Part shown: in pieces, positions 40,102-51,000 of the stretch
How the letters are laid out: each line of letters starts with the position of its first letter
How positions within the stretch are numbered: the first letter of the stretch is position 1
Origin: Hyalangium minutum
GTDB taxonomy: Bacteria; Myxococcota; Myxococcia; Myxococcales; Myxococcaceae
DNA length: 64,000 nucleotides
Direction: 5' to 3'
NCBI RefSeq assembly: GCF_000737315.1
Contig: NZ_JMCB01000012.1
Location: forward strand, 62,001-126,000
Translations under genes and position numbers: made by a program
The notes under the pieces: generated by a model
Seen by the model: the letters and a program-made list of their open reading frames with translations, nothing else
What the model was told of the DNA's origin: nothing
The model's database searches: none

Positions 40102-42543
40102 ATGAAGAAAGCCTCCACTCCCCTGCTGTTGGCGCTGGGGCTGGCGCTGCTCGCGGGCTGCTCTGCCTCTTCCGGCACGGGCTCGGCACAGCTTGCTGTC
40201 TCGTTGCCCCAGGCGCTCTCCGCCTCCGTCTCCCGCGTCTCGGTCACTGTCAGCGCCGCGGACATGCCCTCTGTCTCCGTGGACCTCGTCTTCTCCCACA
40301 GCGTCTGGGGCGGCTTGCTCAGCTCGCTGCCCGCGGGCTCCCACCGCACCTTCCTGGCCCGGGCCTTCGACGCCTCCGGCACCCTTCTCTATGAGGGTTC
40401 TGCCTCCGGCATCTCCCTCTCCGCCAACCAGACCGCCCTGGTCGCCCTGACCCTTCAACAAGTCGATGCACCGCCTCCGTTCCAGAACGCGGCCCCGTTC
40501 ATCGACTCCCTGGCCGCCGCTTCCACCTCGGTAACCGCGGGCGGCACCCTCTCCCTGGTGGCCGCCGCACATGACCCGAACGCGGGCGATACGCTCACCT
40601 ACGCCTGGTCCTCCACCGCGGGCTCCTTCTCCTCGGCCACCGCTGCCTCCACCTCGTGGACGGCGCCTTCCACCCTCGGCCTTCAGACCCTCACCCTCAC
40701 CGTCACGGACTCCAGGGGCCTTTCCTCCAGCGTCTCGCTGGCCATCTCCGTCACCCCGAGCCCGGCGCTGGGCAGCGCGCAGATCACCATCTCCTTCAAT
40801 CTCTCTCCCCAGGTGGCCTCCCTCAGCGCCACGCCCACCCGGCTGGCTGTCGGACAGGCCACGGCGGTCTCCGTCTCGGCCTCGGACCTGGATGGCGACA
40901 GCCTGTCCTACGCTTGGAACGCCTCGTGCGCGGGCTCCTGGGCCAATGCCACCTCCAGCGCGGCCCAGTTCACTCCGTCGGCCCTGCCTTTCGGCACCTG
41001 CAACAACTGCCGCCTCACCGTTACCGTCTCTGACGCGCGCGGCGGGCAGACCACCGGCACCGTGGCCTTGTGCGTCAGCAACATCCCCACCACCAACCAC
41101 CTCCAGCCTGTCATCGTCTCCGCCTCCAGCTCGTCAGGCACCGCCACGGCCGGACAGGTGATCACCTATGAGGTGATGGCCAGCGACCCCGAGGGTTCCG
41201 CGCTCTCCTTCTCCTGGACGGCCACCACTGGCTCTCTGAGCACCGCGGCCACCACCGCCTCCTCCAGCCGCATCACCTGGACGGCTCCGCCCTGTGTCCG
41301 GAGCAGCCCGGTTCCTGAGCTCACCGCCACCATCACCAACGCCTTCCACCTGACAGCCACCCAGAGCTTCTCCATCACCGGGCTACCGCTCTGTCCTCCG
41401 CCGAGCTGGGCCTCGACAGGCGCCATGCTCTCGCCTCGCGGCTACCACACGGCCACGCTGCTGCCCAACGGCAAGGTCCTCGTCGCGGGGGGCAGCCACC
41501 AGGGGCGCCTCGCGACGGCGGAGCTGTACGATCCGGCCTCGGGTACCTGGAGCGCGACAGGTCCCATGCTCGCGCCTCGTGACGGCCACACGGCGACGCT
41601 GCTGCTCAACGGCAAGGTCCTCGTCGTGGGGGGCAACCCCCAGGGGCTCCTCGCGACGGCGGAGCTGTACGATCCGGCCACTGGCACCTGGAGCGCGACA
41701 GGACCCATGCTCGCACCTCGTGACGGCCACACGGCGACGCTGCTGCTCAACGGCAAGGTCCTCGTCGCGGGGAGCTGGGGCTACAGCGGGGCTCCAGCGA
41801 CCACGGAGCTGTATGACCCGGTCTCAGGCACCTGGAGCGATGCTGGCAGACTGCTCCCGGCTCGCTCCTACGCCATGGAGACGCTGCTGCCCAACGGCAA
41901 GGTGCTCATCGTGGGGGAAGACGCGCAGGGCAACCTCTCCCCGGTGGAGTACGACCCGGCCGGGGGCACCTGGAGCGACACAGGTGGCACGACCTCTGGC
42001 CGTTGGAACTACACGGCGACGCTGCTGCCCAGCGGGCGACTGCTCATCACTGGAGGGTTCGGCAACCCCGGGCTCCTCGCGGCGGCGGAAGCGTACGACC
42101 CGGCCTCGGGCACCTGGAGCGCTGCCGGCACCATGTCCTTGCATCGCTACTCCCATACGGCGGTGCCGCTGCGCTCCGGCAAGGTGCTCGTCTTCGGGGG
42201 AGACGGCTGGGGCGGCGATCTCGCGGCGGCCGAGGTGTACGACCCGGCGTCGAGCACCTTCGGCCCCGCGGGTACCATGCTGACACGCCGCACCTCTCCT
42301 TGGGCGATGGTGCTGCCTGACGGCCGGGTGCTCATCGCGGGGGGATACGACCTCCAGTCCCATTTGCCTATGGCCGCGGCGGAGGAGTACGACCCGGCCA
42401 CGGACACCTGGAGCCCCGCAGGCGCCATGCTCACGCCTCGCAATGGCTACAGGGTGACGTTGTTGCCCGACGGCAGGGTGCTCGTCACGGGTGGATCCGG
42501 CACCACCGGCGGTCTCACGCAGGCGGAGCTCTACACACCTTGA
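40102..42543 (+). CDS. Kelch array gene 1: lipoprotein, 4 Ig-like domains plus 8 Kelch repeats
   Basis: Lipobox LAGC; CNNC.LTVTV.D.RGGQ; eight TATLL.NGKVL-type repeats; ends AELYTP. Confidence 0.93.
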   Translation: MKKASTPLLLALGLALLAGCSASSGTGSAQLAVSLPQALSASVSRVSVTVSAADMPSVSVDLVFSHSVWGGLLSSLPAGSHRTFLARAFDASGTLLYEGSASGISLSANQTALVALTLQQVDAPPPFQNAAPFIDSLAAASTSVTAGGTLSLVAAAHDPNAGDTLTYAWSSTAGSFSSATAASTSWTAPSTLGLQTLTLTVTDSRGLSSSVSLAISVTPSPALGSAQITISFNLSPQVASLSATPTRLAVGQATAVSVSASDLDGDSLSYAWNASCAGSWANATSSAAQFTPSALPFGTCNNCRLTVTVSDARGGQTTGTVALCVSNIPTTNHLQPVIVSASSSSGTATAGQVITYEVMASDPEGSALSFSWTATTGSLSTAATTASSSRITWTAPPCVRSSPVPELTATITNAFHLTATQSFSITGLPLCPPPSWASTGAMLSPRGYHTATLLPNGKVLVAGGSHQGRLATAELYDPASGTWSATGPMLAPRDGHTATLLLNGKVLVVGGNPQGLLATAELYDPATGTWSATGPMLAPRDGHTATLLLNGKVLVAGSWGYSGAPATTELYDPVSGTWSDAGRLLPARSYAMETLLPNGKVLIVGEDAQGNLSPVEYDPAGGTWSDTGGTTSGRWNYTATLLPSGRLLITGGFGNPGLLAAAEAYDPASGTWSAAGTMSLHRYSHTAVPLRSGKVLVFGGDGWGGDLAAAEVYDPASSTFGPAGTMLTRRTSPWAMVLPDGRVLIAGGYDLQSHLPMAAAEEYDPATDTWSPAGAMLTPRNGYRVTLLPDGRVLVTGGSGTTGGLTQAELYTP

Positions 42544-42590
42544 GCCGCGCGAGCCGTTGGACCTCCTTCCTCAGACACGAGAACTCCCTC

Positions 42591-44915
42591 ATGAACAAAA
42601 GCTCCCTCTCCCTGCTGCTGGCGCTGGGGCTGGCGCTGCTCGCGGGTTGCTCGCCCTCTTCCTCCGGCACCGGCTCGATTCAGTTCGCCGTCGCGGTGCC
42701 CCAGGCGCTCTCCGCCTCCGTCTCCCGCGTCTCCGTCACTGCGCTCGCCGCCGATTTCCCCTCCGTCTCGGTGGACCTTGTCTTCGCCAACGGCTCCTGG
42801 GGCGGCACGCTCGGCGACCTCCCCGCAGGCGCCCATCGCACCTTCCTGGCCCGGGCTTTCGACGCTTCGGGCACTGCGCTCTTCGAGGGCTCTGCCTCCG
42901 GCGTCTCCATCGCCGCTGGCCAGACCGCTCTGGTCGCCATCACCCTCCAGCAAGTCAACGCGCCTGCCTTCCAGAACGAAGCCCCGATCATTGACTCCCT
43001 GACGGCCTCCTCCACCTCGGTGTCCGTGGGCAACTCCCTCTCGCTCGCCGCTTCCGCGAGCGATCCCAATCCCGGAGACACGCTCTCCTACGCCTGGACC
43101 GCCACCGCAGGCTCCTTCTCCTCGGCCACCGCGGCCTCCACCTCGTGGACGGCTCCGGCCTCCACCGGCATTCAAACCCTCTCCCTCACCGTGACGGACT
43201 CCCGGGGCCTCTCCTCCTCCATCACGGTGGTGGTCAACGTCCTCCCCTCGGGGGAGCAGGGCCAGGCGCAGCTCTCCATCTCCTTCAATTCCACCCCTCG
43301 CGTGGATTCCCTCAACGCCACGGCCTCCCAACTGGCCGTGGGGCAGAGCACCGCGGTGTCCGCCTCGGCCTCGGATCTGGATGGCGACAGCCTCACCTAT
43401 TCCTGGAGTAACTCGTGCGCGGGCTCCTGGGCCAACGCCGCCTCCCGCGCCGCGCAGTTCACTCCCTCCGAGCTGCCTGCCAGCACCTGCAACAACTGCG
43501 ACCTGACCGTCACCGTCTCCGACGGGCGCGGCGGGCAGACCACCGGCACCGTGGCGCTGTGCGTCCGAGCGCCTCCCGAGCTCAATCACCTTCCTCCTCT
43601 CATTCTCTCCGCCTCCGGCAGCTCGGGTACGGCCACGGCGAGGCAGGTGCTCACCTATGAGGTGGTGGCCAGCGACCCCGAGGGCTCCGCGCTCTCCTTC
43701 TCCTGGACAGCCACCGCCGGCTCGCTGGGCACCGCGGCCGACAGCGCCTCCTCCAGCCGCATCACCTGGACGGCCCCTGGCTGTGTCAGTGAAGGCACTC
43801 CTCTGGCCATCACCGCCACCATCACCAACGCTTTCCACCTGACGGCCACGAAGAGCTTCTCGGTCACGGGGTTGCCTGTCTGTGTCCCCCCGAGCTGGAC
43901 CTCGACGGGCTCCCTGGTTTCGCCTCGTTACGGCCACACAGCGACGCTGTTGCCCAGCGGCAAGGTCCTCGTCGTGGGGGGCTGGGGTTCCAGCAGTACC
44001 TCCCTGGCGACCGCGGAACTGTATGACCCAGCGACGGGCACCTGGAGCGCAACAGGCTCCCTGCACGGATCGCGCGTGAACCACACGGCGACGCTGCTGA
44101 GCAACGGCCAAGTGCTCGTCGCGGCAGGGACAGGATCCGGCAGTCCCGGAATGTACGGGACGGCGGAGGTGTACGATCCCGCCTCGGGTACCTGGCGCGA
44201 GACAGGCCTCCTGACCTTGCCTCGCGTCTTCGCCTCCGCGACCCTGCTGCTTGATGGCCAGGTGCTTCTCACGGGAGGCATCAACGAGAGGTCAGGCTTC
44301 CTCGCGGCGGCGGAGGTCTTGGACCCGTCCGCGGGGATAGGCACCTGGAGAGCGACCGGCTCCATGGCCTCGGCGCGCTTCTTCCACACGACAACACGGC
44401 TGCCGAACGGCAAGGTGCTCGTTGCGGCCGGACTCGACTCGGGTGTCCCTTCCACCACGGCGGAGGTGTACGACCCAGCCTCGGGCTCTTGGAGTGCGAC
44501 GGGCTCCATGGGCTCGCCTCATTCCTGGCACGCGGCGACGCTGCTGAACAACGGCAGGGTGCTCGTCACGGGGAGCGCCTACGGGCCACCGCCGCAGGTG
44601 ACAGCAGAGGTGTACGACCCGGCTTCGAACTCTTGGAGCGCGGCTGCTTCCATGCTCACGCCTCGCGCGTACCACTCAGCGACGCTGCTGAAGAACGGCC
44701 GAGTGCTCATCGCAGGGGGTGATGGCGGCCCGCTCGCGCCCGCAGAGGAGTACGACCCCACCTCGGATACCTGGAGCGCTGCGGGCTCCATGCTCACGCC
44801 TCGCAGCGGCACCACGGCGACGCTGCTGCTCAACGGCCAGGTCCTGTTCGTGGGGGGCGTCTCGGGCAGCGATCCCCTCTCGACGGCGGAGCTGTACACG
44901 CCCGGCACTCCTTAA
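42591..44915 (+). CDS. Kelch array gene 2: stalk plus 7 Kelch repeats
   Basis: MNKSSLSLLLALGLALLAGC; same architecture. Confidence 0.93.
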   Translation: MNKSSLSLLLALGLALLAGCSPSSSGTGSIQFAVAVPQALSASVSRVSVTALAADFPSVSVDLVFANGSWGGTLGDLPAGAHRTFLARAFDASGTALFEGSASGVSIAAGQTALVAITLQQVNAPAFQNEAPIIDSLTASSTSVSVGNSLSLAASASDPNPGDTLSYAWTATAGSFSSATAASTSWTAPASTGIQTLSLTVTDSRGLSSSITVVVNVLPSGEQGQAQLSISFNSTPRVDSLNATASQLAVGQSTAVSASASDLDGDSLTYSWSNSCAGSWANAASRAAQFTPSELPASTCNNCDLTVTVSDGRGGQTTGTVALCVRAPPELNHLPPLILSASGSSGTATARQVLTYEVVASDPEGSALSFSWTATAGSLGTAADSASSSRITWTAPGCVSEGTPLAITATITNAFHLTATKSFSVTGLPVCVPPSWTSTGSLVSPRYGHTATLLPSGKVLVVGGWGSSSTSLATAELYDPATGTWSATGSLHGSRVNHTATLLSNGQVLVAAGTGSGSPGMYGTAEVYDPASGTWRETGLLTLPRVFASATLLLDGQVLLTGGINERSGFLAAAEVLDPSAGIGTWRATGSMASARFFHTTTRLPNGKVLVAAGLDSGVPSTTAEVYDPASGSWSATGSMGSPHSWHAATLLNNGRVLVTGSAYGPPPQVTAEVYDPASNSWSAAASMLTPRAYHSATLLKNGRVLIAGGDGGPLAPAEEYDPTSDTWSAAGSMLTPRSGTTATLLLNGQVLFVGGVSGSDPLSTAELYTPGTP

Positions 44916-44935
44916 GTCCCTGGAGCCATTCCTTC

Positions 44936-47260
44936 ATGAAGAAGACTCCCTCTCTCCTGCTGTTGATGCTGGGGCTGGCGCTGCTCGCGGGCTGCTCTGC
45001 CTCTTTCTCTGACACGGGCTCGGCACAGCTTGCCGTCCTCCTCCCTCGCTCGGACTCCTCCTCCATCTCCCGCGTCTCGGTCACCGCCAGTGCGGCGGAC
45101 CTCCCCTCGGCTTCCGTGGACCTTGCCTCCTCCCACGGACTTCAGGGAGGGAACCTCGGCAACCTCCCCGCAGGTGCCAACCGCTCCTTCCTAGCGGAGG
45201 CCTTCGACGCCGCGGGCAACCGGCTCTTCCAGGGCTCCGCCTCCGGCGTTCCCATCTCCGCTGGCCAGTCCGCCTTCGTGGCCATCACCCTCCAAGCGCT
45301 CAACGCGCCTCAGTCCTCGCTGAATGAGCCCCCGGTGATTGACTCGCTGGTGGCCTCCTCGACTTCCGTGGCCGTGGGTGGCTCCATCTCTTTGCAGGCC
45401 ACGGCCCATGGACTTCACCCGGAGGAGCCCCTCACCTACGCCTGGTCTTCTTCCGCAGGTTCCTTCGCCTCGGACTCCGAGGCCTCCACCTCGTGGACGG
45501 CGCCTTCCACTCCTGGCGCGCAGACCCTCACCGTCACCGTGACGGACTCTGGAGGCCTCTCCTCCAGCGCCTCCGTGGACCTCGAGGTTCTCTCGAGCGA
45601 TGGACACGGTTCGGCGCAAATCACTGTCTCCTTTAATAGCGCTCCCAGCGTGGCGTCCCTCAGCGTCACGGCCTCGCAGCTCGCGGTGGGGCAGAGCACT
45701 TCGGTGTCCGCCTCGGCCTCGGACCTGGATGACGACAGCCTCTCCTACGCCTGGAGCGCCTCGTGCGCGGGCTCCTGGGCCAACGCTTCCTCCAGCGCCG
45801 CGGAGTTCACCCCCTCCGCGCTGCCCGGTGGCTCTTGCAACAACTGCGACCTGACCGTCACCGTCTCCGATGGGCGCGGCGGGCAGACCACTGGCACCTT
45901 GGCCCTGTGTGTCAGCACGAGCGCCCCTCCCAACCGCTTCCCTCCCCGCCTCCTCGGCTCCTACAGCTCCGCGTTTCCCTGGGAGCTCATCTCCGCAGGA
46001 CAGGTGCTCACCTACGAGGTCGTGGCCACCGATCCCCAGGGCTCCGCGCTCTCGTTCTCCTGGGCCGCCAACACCGGCTCGCTGGGTACACCGGCCTCCA
46101 GCGCCTCCCAGAGCCGCACCACGTGGACGGCCCCCACGTGTGCCAGTGAGGGCACCACTCCTGCCATCACCGCCACCTTCACCAATGCCTTCAGCCTGCG
46201 TGACTCGAAGCGCTTCGAGGTCATAGGACTGCCCACCTGCGTCGTCTCGGCCTGGACCGCGACGGCCGCCATGGGCACGGCGCGCCGAGACCCCACGGCG
46301 ACGCTGCTGTCCGACGGCAAGGTGCTCGTCTCGGGGGGACAGAACACCGCCGCTCTCGCCTCGGCGGAGGTGTACACGCCGGCTTCGGGCACCTGGCGCG
46401 CGACGGGCCCTCTGGCCGCCGCTCGCTACAGTCACGCGGCGGCACCGCTGCCCCATGGCAGCGTGCTCGTCTCGGGGGGCTACAACAGTACGAACGGCTA
46501 CCTCGCGGCAGCGGAGCTGTACAACCCGGCCTCCAACACCTGGAGCGCGACGGGCCCCATGCTCTCCCCGCGCTACCTCCACACGGCGACGCCGCTGCCG
46601 GACGGCAAGGTGCTCGTCACCGGCGGCTATAACAGCGCGAGCGGCTATCTGGCGACAGCCGAGGTGTACAGCCCGGCCTCCGGAACCTGGAGCGCGACGG
46701 GGGCCATGAGCACCCTGCGCGGATACCACACGGCCACATTGCTGAATAACGGCAAGGTGCTCGTCGCAGGGGGACGCGGTAACAGCAGCAGCGCCTTCCT
46801 CGCAACGGCGGAGCTGTACGATCCGGCCACCGGCACCTGGAGTTCCACCGGCGCCATGTCCTCGCCTCGCGCGAGCCACACGGCGACGCTGCTGCCTGAC
46901 GGCAAGGTGCTCATCTCGGGGGGAACCAACCGGAGCACCTACTTGGCGACGGCGGAGCTGTACGATCCGGCCACAGGCACCTGGAGCGCCACCGGCTCCA
47001 TGTCCACGGCGCGCGCTAGCTCCGCAGCGGGGGTGATGTCCAACGGCAAGGTGCTCATCGCCGGAGGCATCCGGAGCACCACCTATCTGTCCACGGCCGA
47101 GGCCTACAACCCCAGCACGGGCACCTGGACCTCCGCTGGCTCCATGGGCTCGGCCCGCGGGTATCACGCGGTGGTGGCACTGCCCAACGGCAAGGTGCTC
47201 GTGGCGGGAGGCAACACCGGCAGCACTCCGCTCGCGACGGCCGAGCTGTTCACGCCCTGA
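44936..47260 (+). CDS. Kelch array gene 3: stalk plus 7 Kelch repeats
   Basis: MKKTPSLLLLMLGLALLAGC; same architecture. Confidence 0.93.
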   Translation: MKKTPSLLLLMLGLALLAGCSASFSDTGSAQLAVLLPRSDSSSISRVSVTASAADLPSASVDLASSHGLQGGNLGNLPAGANRSFLAEAFDAAGNRLFQGSASGVPISAGQSAFVAITLQALNAPQSSLNEPPVIDSLVASSTSVAVGGSISLQATAHGLHPEEPLTYAWSSSAGSFASDSEASTSWTAPSTPGAQTLTVTVTDSGGLSSSASVDLEVLSSDGHGSAQITVSFNSAPSVASLSVTASQLAVGQSTSVSASASDLDDDSLSYAWSASCAGSWANASSSAAEFTPSALPGGSCNNCDLTVTVSDGRGGQTTGTLALCVSTSAPPNRFPPRLLGSYSSAFPWELISAGQVLTYEVVATDPQGSALSFSWAANTGSLGTPASSASQSRTTWTAPTCASEGTTPAITATFTNAFSLRDSKRFEVIGLPTCVVSAWTATAAMGTARRDPTATLLSDGKVLVSGGQNTAALASAEVYTPASGTWRATGPLAAARYSHAAAPLPHGSVLVSGGYNSTNGYLAAAELYNPASNTWSATGPMLSPRYLHTATPLPDGKVLVTGGYNSASGYLATAEVYSPASGTWSATGAMSTLRGYHTATLLNNGKVLVAGGRGNSSSAFLATAELYDPATGTWSSTGAMSSPRASHTATLLPDGKVLISGGTNRSTYLATAELYDPATGTWSATGSMSTARASSAAGVMSNGKVLIAGGIRSTTYLSTAEAYNPSTGTWTSAGSMGSARGYHAVVALPNGKVLVAGGNTGSTPLATAELFTP

Positions 47261-47313
47261 ACCCCACGGCCCCGAGAAGTCCCCTTCACGCCTCCACGCT
47301 CGAGGACTGTCTG

Positions 47314-48039
47314 ATGAAGAGAATCGCCACGCACCTGCTATTGGCCTGTGTGCTGCCGTTGCTCGCGGGCTGTGAGCCCTCCTCCTCGGAGATGGGCTCG
47401 GCCCAGCTCGCGGTATCCATGCCCCAAGCGCTCTCGGCCTCGGTCTCGCGCGTCTCCATCACCGCCCTCGGCGCGGAGGTGCCCGCCGTCTCCGTGGATC
47501 TCGCCCTGTCTGGGAGCACCTGGGGCGGCATGCTCGGCAACCTGCCTGCCGGCTCCCACCGTACCTTCCTGGCCCAGGCCTTCGACGCCGCGGGCACCCA
47601 GCGCTACGAGGGCTCCGCTTCGGGCATCTCCATCGCCGCGAACCAGTCCACCCTGGTCGCCATCACCTTGCAGCAGGTCAACGCGCCGCCTCCCTTCCAG
47701 AACGAGGCCCCGATCATCGACTCGCTGACGGCCCCCACCCCCTCGGTGGTGACGGGTGGAGTGCTCACCCTGGAGGCCTCCGCTCATGATCCCAACGCGG
47801 GCGACACGCTCACGTACTCCTGGTCTTCCGCTGCGGGAACCTTCACCTCGGCCTCCTCCGCATCCACCGTGTGGACGGCGCCAGCCACCACCGGGCTGCA
47901 GACCCTCGCCCTCACCGTGACGGACTCCCAGGGCCTCGCCTCGACGCTCTCCCTGACCGTCAGCGTCACCCCGAGCCTCGTGCTGGGCATTGCCCACGCC
48001 AGCGGTCCTCGCGAGACGGCGGATCTGTCCACCCCCTGA
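47314..48039 (+). CDS. Kelch array gene 4: headless derivative (signal plus 2 Ig domains fused to a family-like C-terminus)
   Basis: Lipobox LAGC; first two stalk domains intact; ends ETADLSTP, resembling TAELYTP. May be a pseudogene. Confidence 0.8.
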   Translation: MKRIATHLLLACVLPLLAGCEPSSSEMGSAQLAVSMPQALSASVSRVSITALGAEVPAVSVDLALSGSTWGGMLGNLPAGSHRTFLAQAFDAAGTQRYEGSASGISIAANQSTLVAITLQQVNAPPPFQNEAPIIDSLTAPTPSVVTGGVLTLEASAHDPNAGDTLTYSWSSAAGTFTSASSASTVWTAPATTGLQTLALTVTDSQGLASTLSLTVSVTPSLVLGIAHASGPRETADLSTP

Positions 48040-48070
48040 GCTTCCGCTCCTTCCACCCATGGGCCACCTC

Positions 48071-51000
48071 ATGAAAAACGGACTCTCGGGCCTGCTGTTG
48101 ACGCTCGCGCTGGCGCTGCTCATGGGCTGCCCAGCCTCTTCCTCGGGCACTGGCTCGGTGCAGCTCGCCGTCTCGGTGCCCCAGCCGCTGGCCTCTTCGG
48201 TCTCTCGCGTGTCCGTCACCTTCAGCGCCGAGGATGCTCCGTCTTTCTCCGTGGAGCTGCTCGCCGCCAACGGCTCCTGGCGCGGATTCCTCAGCAACCT
48301 CCCCGCGGGCAACAACCGCACGTTCCTGGCGCAGGCGTTCGATGCCTCGGGCGCCAAGCTCTTCGAGGGCTCCGCCTCCGGCGTCACTCTCTTCGCGGAT
48401 CAGACCGCCTGGGTGGCCGTGACCCTGCAGCGAGTCGATGCGCCCCCGCCCTTCCAGAACGCAGCCCCGTTCATCGACTCGCTGGCCGCCTCCTCTACCT
48501 CGGTGATGGCGGACAGCGCCCTCGCCCTCGTGGCTTCGGCCCATGATCCCAACGCGGGTGATACGCTCTCCTACGCCTGGACCTCCACTGCGGGCAGCTT
48601 CTCCTCCAGCACCGAGGCCACCACCGCGTGGACGGCGCCGGACTCCGCGGGCCTCCAGACCCTCACCCTCACCGTGACGGACCCGGGCGGCCTGACCTCT
48701 CGCCTCGCCCTGACCATCCACGTCCTCCCGAGCGGAGGGCACGGAGAGGCGCAGTTCTCCATCCTCTTCAACAATGCGCCGGAGGTGATGACGCTGAGCG
48801 CGGCTCCCACCCGGCTGACAGCGGGACAGGCCACGGCGGTCTCCGCCTCGGCCTCGGACATGGATGGGGACACACTCGCCTATGCCTGGAGTGCCTCCTG
48901 CGAGGGCACATGGAGCAATGCCTCCTCCCGCTCCGCGCAGTTCACACCTTCCCTGCTGCCGCAGGCCTCCTGTAACAACTGCCGCCTCACGGTCACCGTC
49001 TCCGACGGGCGCGGAGGGCAGACCACGGGCACCGTGGCCCTGTGCGTCTCGGAGCCTCCAGCTCCCCAGCACTTCCCGCCGTTCTTCACCTCCGCCACGC
49101 GTTCCTCGGAGAGCGCCACTTCCGGACAGGTGCTCACCTTCGACGTGAGCGCCAGCGATCCCCAGGACTCCGCGCTCTCTTTCTCCTGGAGCGCCACCCT
49201 CGGTACGCTGGGCACCCCAGCCTCCACGGCCTCCTCCAGCCGCGTCACCTGGACGGCGCCCCAGTGCGTCAGCGATGGCAGCGCGCCCGTCCTTACCGCC
49301 ACTGTCACCAACTCCTTCGGCCTGACGGCCACCCACCGCTTCACCGTGCCGGGGCTGCCAGCCTGCTCCATGGGTTGGGCCCTGGCGGGCTCCATGAGCA
49401 CGCCTCGCGGAGGCCACACTGCGACGGTGCTGAGCAGCGGCAAGGTGCTCGTGGCGGGAGGACAGAACACCCAAGGCTCCCTCACGGCGGCAGAGCTGTA
49501 CGACCCGGCCTCCCGCACTTGGAGCACGGCCGCCTCCATGACGCAGCGCCGCTACCACGCCACAGCCACGCGGCTGAACACCGGCAAGGTGCTCGTCTCG
49601 GGAGGAATCGACGGCAGCACGCCTCTGGCGGCGGCGGAGCTGTACGACCCGGCCTCAGGCTCCTGGAGTGCCACGGCGCCCATGACCTCGGCCCGCTACG
49701 AGCACACGGCGACGCTGCTCCCGGACGGCAGGGTGCTCGTCTCCGGGGGACGCAACGCCAGCGGTGTTCTCAAGACGGCGGAGGTGTACGACCCGGCCTC
49801 CGGTACCTGGAGCACGGCGGGCGCCATGGCCACGCCTCGGTACTTCCACACGGCCGCGCTGCTGAACACGGGCAAGGTGCTCGTTGCTGGAGGCTCGAGC
49901 AACGGGAGCACCGTCCTCGCGACGGCGGAGCTGTACGACCCGGCCTCCGGCACTTGGAGCGACACGGCCCCCATGGCTTCGCCTCGGTGGAGCCACACGG
50001 CGGCGCTGCTGAGCAGCGGCAAGGTCCTCGTGACTGGGGGGCGCTACGACGCGAGCGTCCTGGCGGCGGCGGAGCTGTACGAGCCTGCCTCGGGCTCCTG
50101 GAGCACCGCAGGCACCATGGCCTCGCCACACTTCTCGCCCGCGGTGGCAGTGCTGCAGAACGGCAAGGTGCTCGTCTCGGGAGGCCAGAACAGCAGCGGC
50201 CATCTGGCGGCGGTGGAGCTGTACAACCCGGTGGCGGGCACATGGAGCGCGGCGCCGGCCATGAACGCGCCCCACAATGATCACACCGCCACGCTGTTGC
50301 CCAATGGCCAGGTGCTGGTGGCAGGGGGGCGCAACAACAGCGGCTTCCCCACATCGGCGGAGGCATATGGCCTGAGCGGGCGGGTGGACTGCGCGACCGA
50401 TGCCCACTGCGAGGCAGGCTTCTATTGCGTGGCCTCGGCGTGCGTGACGAAGAAGGCGGACGGGGAGACGTGCACGGGAGCCAACCAATGCTCGGGTGCC
50501 CAGTGCATGGGAGGCATCTGCTGCTCCACCTGCCAGTGGCTTCCTCCGCGGCTCAGCTCGGTCAGTCCCGCCCAAGCGAAGGCTGGGACACTGGTGACGC
50601 TCATGGGTGCGGACTTCGTCCCGGGAATCACCGGCCGGATTGGCTCGACGTCTTGCACCTCCACGGTGTTCGTCTCTTCGACGTCCGCCACCTGCACCGT
50701 GCCCACCCTCACGAATGGGACCTACGCGATCACGGTCACCCACCCGGACGGGCTGAGCTCCACCCTCGCAGCCGCGCTCATTTATGACAGCACGCCGCCA
50801 GCCGGAGGCGGCACCCTCAACGATGGCATCGCCTCCAATTCCCTCACCACCTCGCCCACCCTGACGTGGACGGCCTTCACCGACGCGGGCAGCGGGTTGG
50901 ACCATTACGAGTACGCTCTCGGCACCACGCTGGGAGGCACCCAGGCCAGGGGCTGGACCGTCTTCACTCCCAACGCGGGCCCGAGCTTCACCCTCACCGG

